The position numbers and the translations under genes were made by a program. The notes beneath the pieces are model-generated. The model was not told the DNA's origin, searched no databases, and saw nothing but the letters and a program-made list of their open reading frames with translations. Positions 58,783 to 64,000 of a stretch of 64,000 nt of DNA are shown here, piece by piece (positions within the stretch are counted from its first letter, which is position 1; the number at the start of each line of letters is the position of its first letter). The DNA is from Eledone cirrhosa. Its lineage: Eukaryota. Location of the stretch: the NCBI GenBank assembly GCA_964016885.1, contig OZ024742.1, positions 134,664,001 to 134,728,000 of the forward strand, written 5' to 3'.

Positions 58783-59394
58783 TGTGTATGACTGTGTGTA
58801 TTTGAATGTGTTTGTATTTGCATGCTATGCAAGAAATAATCCTGTGTTGTCAGGGAACATATCATTGGTTGTTGTCTCTAATATCCTGATTGAGAGGCTT
58901 GGACATACTCCATCGATTTATAACATGAAACAGAACATATATGTCATTTGCTAAGAAGATAAATCAGTTCGTCATTATTTATGTAAAAGCATAATTGAAG
59001 TTGAATAACCCGCTATCAACAGAAATACCAACGGTATCTACATACACATGTAAATATGTATGTGTTAATGTATCCATTGGCGCATGTGTATGCATGTTTG
59101 TGGGGGCTTTGATGCATTTAAACTTCGGTACTTAAAAGATTTTCTAAGAGATAAGTCACTGCATAACATCTTGAAGTACTCAAACTTCTGAATGTATTTG
59201 GCTGCAGAAAATGCGGGAAAGAGAGTTTGAGAAACTGTATGTATATCCCTCTTGGAAGTACTTCAAGAGTCAAAGCATTTGGTACAACATAGCAGAAATT
59301 AATTCCCAACCTCCAAAGCAAGGGTTTTTATTCTAAAATCTAGAGACCATTTAGAGTCTAAATGATCTCTAGAATAACGTTACTCCATAAAATC

Positions 59395-59742
59395 CATAGC
59401 TCGGAGATCATAGAGTCACTCCAGGTAGAACCACTATTTCACCGATTTGAGAGATCACAGTTCCGCTGCTAAAGGTATGAGGTTAGAATAGTTTAGGAAA
59501 GTATCGACTAACTGATTTTAAGGGTAAAAAACAACCGTTAGGAATACCAGAGCAATATGATTGAATAACATCCATGGGCTTGGCTGGTCTCGGTTGGGTT
59601 TCACCATGGTCAGTTGAAGACGGTTGCTTTTGAGAGGACCCGCTGGTAGGAGTGTTTGGGGAATCTCCCTCCACGACTCTGTCAGAGATAAATGGGTGAA
59701 GAAGAAGAAGAAGAAGAAGAAGAAGAAGAAGAAGAAGAAGAG
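59395..59742 (+). mobile_element. RTE LINE 3' fragment with (GAA)n tail
   Basis: TCGGAGATCATAGAGTCACTCCAGGTAGA... and AAATGGGT(GAA)n shared with the other RTE copies. Confidence 0.82.
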
Positions 59743-60527
59743 AGTGAGTGAGAATGAATGTGGGGGAGACTGAGAGAAACTATTATAAAATGGAACAGAT
59801 ATATAGGCTGGATTGTAGTTCATATATAAAAGGAAATTAATGGTATGTTATGTTTTAGCCCCCAATCAACTTGCACAAGAAAATAATCTTACGCATGCAT
59901 CGTCAGCTAGCTTATTTAGTAAGAATATAAATTGTTGATTGCCTCATACGTATGCAGAGTGGAAAAAAAAACAATTATATTTTCTGTATAGGTTCTCTTT
60001 TTTATTCCTTTCTGCAGAAATAAAAAGATAAATATATAAATATATTTATATCCTGTTCCCAGCATCCCATGACGAGGAATATTGTAAGATTTATTATATT
60101 ATTTAGCATGCGTCCACCCATAAAGGTTTAAAGTATGCATATTTAAGGGATTTCTGCTGTTGTAGTGCTCTAGAAATATCCGTTTCATTGTTCCTAGAAA
60201 TAAGTGCAAGGAGGCATGCATGCCTTACATTTCCTTAATGTTCTCTAACGTTATCTCACTGTCAATCTATCTCTATTTCTACATTTATATATATATATAT
60301 ATATATATATGTGGGGGGGGGGGGCGTGTGTGTGTGTGCGTGTGTGTGTGTGAGAGTGTGTGTGTGTGCATCTGTGTCTGTAATGTGCGCGTGTAGGTAT
60401 GTACATATCAGTAATTATATGCATAGCATACTATGATATTCACACATACGAGCACATGCATGAATGTTTAAATAAAGAGAATGAATGTGTGAGAGAATAG
60501 AAGAGAGAAAGATAGATAGCTAGATAA

Positions 60528-60654
<127 letters not shown>

Positions 60655-61113
60655 AGTGCTGCTTTCGAGTCAATCTCTTACATGAGCGTACAGTTTTCAG
60701 TAAATTGCATGTAGGATTTAGACACGATATATATGCACTTGCTTTTCTCGACTAGCCTGTAACACGGTTAACGAGATTGTATTTCAGCATGTATACATAT
60801 AACACAAACACACACACACTCACACGCACACACGCACACACGCACACGCACGCACACACAAACACACACTCACTCACAAGCACACACACACACACACACT
60901 CACATACACACACCCACATACACACACACACGCACGCACACACACACACACACACACACATATGTATGTATATATATATATATAGATATCCATCTCAAGA
61001 CTATGAGCATATTCCAACACTTTCAAGGGAGAGAGATTGCCATGGATGTCAGTATAAAGAGTAGTATCATTAGAAAAAATGTTAATGAAACAACGAACAT
61101 TTGTAAGTAAATC

Positions 61114-61164
<51 letters not shown>

Positions 61165-61249
61165 GATACTATTCTCTATCCTGACGTTCATGGAAACCCC
61201 TCTCACTTGAAAGTGTTGAAATTTCCAACTAGTCTTGTGATGGAGGCTG

Positions 61250-61900
61250 TTAAGAATTTGCATGGTCACACATTCTAATCTGTTCTTTCTTGGTGTTCAT
61301 ATATACAATCAATTGGTTGGCATGCTTCCCATAAGTTTGCGTCATTGTATAGATCAAAGGACTACTTCACATCCGAGGCAATTTTGTAATTTTACAAGTC
61401 CAAAATTCGTCCTTGTATGGGATTATGTTATAATATTTGGGCAGATGCATTATGTTGACACTTGGATCTCATCGACCGGGTTCAGAAGCGAATACCTAAT
61501 TTGACTGGTCCCTCTATTGATTAAGTCTGTTACCCTTGTCACAATAACGGGACACCTCCAGTCTCAGTCTTTTCTATCAATTTTAGCACAGGAAGTGCCC
61601 TGATGGACTTCCTCTTTACGTTGCATCTCATTTTGTGCCATATCACCAAATTCGAAATTCACATCTTCTTCATACGGAGGCTGATGTGGTTTCACGAATG
61701 GGGAAGACTTTCTTTGGCCGTAGCTTTTTTCTCGAACAATCAAAATTTAGAACTTTCTTCTATCTATTTGATTACTCCTTCTTATGACAAGAATTCTTTC
61801 AAGTCTCAAGTAAATTATTTTGTTGTCTTAATTCCTTCTTCTTCATAGTCACTAGACTATGTGGATACGTGCCTCGTTTGGGACTTTCATGAGAAACAAA
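61250..61900 (+). mobile_element. Decayed CR1/Jockey-group LINE 3' fragment
   Basis: IYKSKIRPCM..Y...IW, LIDRVQKRI and LLPLSQ*RDTSSLSLFYQF are typical of the post-RT C-terminal region of CR1/Jockey-group LINEs. Confidence 0.65.
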
Positions 61901-63196
61901 TGCTTCTCTTTATAGAATACCTGACATTGATTTTCATTTATATATATTCTCATATAGACTCTCCAGAAAAAAATGGTAATAGAGTATTCAAATATTTCTT
62001 CATCCCCTCAACATAGCTGTCACTACTTAAGTTTTGCTTTATTATATGAGTCAATAAGTTAGGGAGTTTCGCATGGGTACATGCCGTTCAAACATTATTC
62101 GGATGCAGCACCGATTCAAGCATTTTCAGCTCTCAGGGTGTTATTTTATTATTTTTCGGATGTTTGCAATAATGGTTTTGTAAGATGCTTACTTGCCGTC
62201 GATTGGCGATATTCTGTAAACCAAATTTTAATTTAGAATTTATTATATTGTTTTAATAATTTATTTTGTTGTTTCTCCATTCCATTTATAATACGTATTA
62301 CTTCAACCTACATTTTATATTTGCTGGCTTCATTGAAAATAGCGTTTTCCATAGCGTAATTAATATTTTGTTACTATTTGTATGACACGTTTTAGATATT
62401 GGCAATGTCTTACACAGATATATCATGATATGATTCTATTTGTAGTGTGCATCTATTTGAGATAAATATATAATAACGCTGTGTCGAAATTTGCGTAGTG
62501 AATTATACAACCAGATAATATTGTTTTTCTTTTCCTGTCTAGCCTTGCTAATAGTTACAGCGTCACCTTTAAAATATTATGTCTATTAAGATACGATATT
62601 TACATTAGCGAGAATCTTTTATATCATGCGGTCTTTTCAGCTTTTAAGTAATACTAGCGTTAATATGCTTAGCCAGTCATATTTCATGATGGTATCCCCT
62701 TTTCAATAAAGGTCATACTCCCAGGGAGCCGCTGTTGATTACCACTTGAAAAACGCAACAAGAGGCCGAAGAGCAATACGTGCTTTTTATAGTGATTATA
62801 TATGTAAGGAAATATTTTGTTGTGACCACTGGAAGATATATGTCTAGAGAAAAGAATTGTATATTGTGCTACTATTTCGATGGTCAACAGATGAATATTT
62901 TATATATGGTTCACATATAAAAAGAATCTGCCAAATGCCCACCCATCGCACATAGAAAACATTAATTTATTTCAAAAATATATTTGTATATTGTTATTCA
63001 ATGCAAAACAAAATATAATTATGTAATTTATATAGGGAATCTATTCATTATTAGTCATCCTCCCAGGATCTGAAATAGAAATGAGTTGTCTTCAGCACAC
63101 AGTTATTATTAGACTATTTCATTTGCGGCGAATTAGAAGATTATATATATATATATATATATATCATTCTTTCACACACACCCACACACACACACA

Positions 63197-63234
<38 letters not shown>

Positions 63235-63238
<4 letters not shown>

Positions 63239-63419
63239 TTTAAACCCGACGGCAGGGCTCAAGCCGTTTCGATGGCTATTTGCGTTCAGAACTAGCAGTC
63301 GAAACGGCTTGAGCCCTGCCGTCGGGATTAAACATTTCCATATTACTCACTCTACTACCCTAAGTATTGAGTACTCTGGTGCGTTATGGTCCATCTGGTT
63401 CCCTATCACATCTCCTTCG

Positions 63420-63422
<3 letters not shown>
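63235..63422 (+). mobile_element. Mini foldback element containing the 3' half of a hammerhead
   Basis: CCCGACGGCAGGGCTCAAGCCGTTTCGA / TCGAAACGGCTTGAGCCCTGCCGTCGGG is a perfect 28-bp stem. Includes GAAA-CGGC-loop-GCCG-T-C. (TA)n on both sides. Confidence 0.78.
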
Positions 63423-63457
<35 letters not shown>

Positions 63458-63509
63458 TATTGAGTCACATTACAACGAATCTTATAATTATACAGAAAGA
63501 GAGAGAGAG

Positions 63510-63627
<118 letters not shown>

Positions 63628-63954
63628 GTGAGCAAAGAAATATCTCTAGGTGTAAAAAGGGAAAGAGGAAAATGATGCTCAATTGGGAAGAGGGAAGATA
63701 TATTATATGATTTATTTATGTTCATACACGGAACAAAACTACTACCTAAGTTTCCAAGGATCAAAATTGACCATATCTCTAGAATGTAAGAAGGATAAAA
63801 ATCGTGACGTGATCTTCATAAACGAATTTATATGATACGCTAACAAAGGGAAACAAAGGGAAATAACTCAAAAAATGTCAACTTCAAATCGTACACGTGT
63901 CAGTATCCGTGTGTAATAGCAGATGTATTTTATTATGTGATATTATGTAATTTA

Positions 63955-64000
63955 GGGCGGTGGATTGGCAGTATCGGTAGAGGGTCGGACGCTATGCTTT
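63955..64000 (+). mobile_element. SINE 5' end (cut by window edge)
   Basis: GGGCGGTGGATTGGCAGTATCGGTAGAGGGTCGGACGC head. Confidence 0.85.

Overview
This is AT-rich, microsatellite-dense eukaryotic DNA with no recognisable host gene exon. It is probably intergenic or intronic sequence from a coleoid cephalopod (octopus-like); that assignment is inferred only from the tRNA-derived SINE family and the repeat landscape. Almost all listed ORFs are translations of simple repeats. Mobile elements present: decayed RTE, Tx1/L1 and CR1-group LINEs, many copies of one SINE, non-autonomous Helitrons, and several Penelope-like elements (PLEs; Naiad-type plus a second GIY-YIG type). Most PLEs form outward-facing inverted duplications next to (TA)n tracts. 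The main hidden signal is a dense set of type I hammerhead ribozyme (HHR) motifs read by eye: (i) a tandem array of ~400-435 nt non-coding monomers at 13.76-15.31 kb with one HHR per complete monomer (retrozyme-like, predicted to give small circular RNAs), plus diverged relatives at 20.4-22.5 kb with covarying stems; (ii) a second HHR-bearing dimer at 55.6-56.1 kb; (iii) HHRs at PLE 3' ends; (iv) tiny foldback elements whose inversion point lies in HHR stem II. Several HHRs share unusual core variants (U.U mismatch at the base of stem II, CAGANGA). All folds were assigned manually and need computational and biochemical confirmation.
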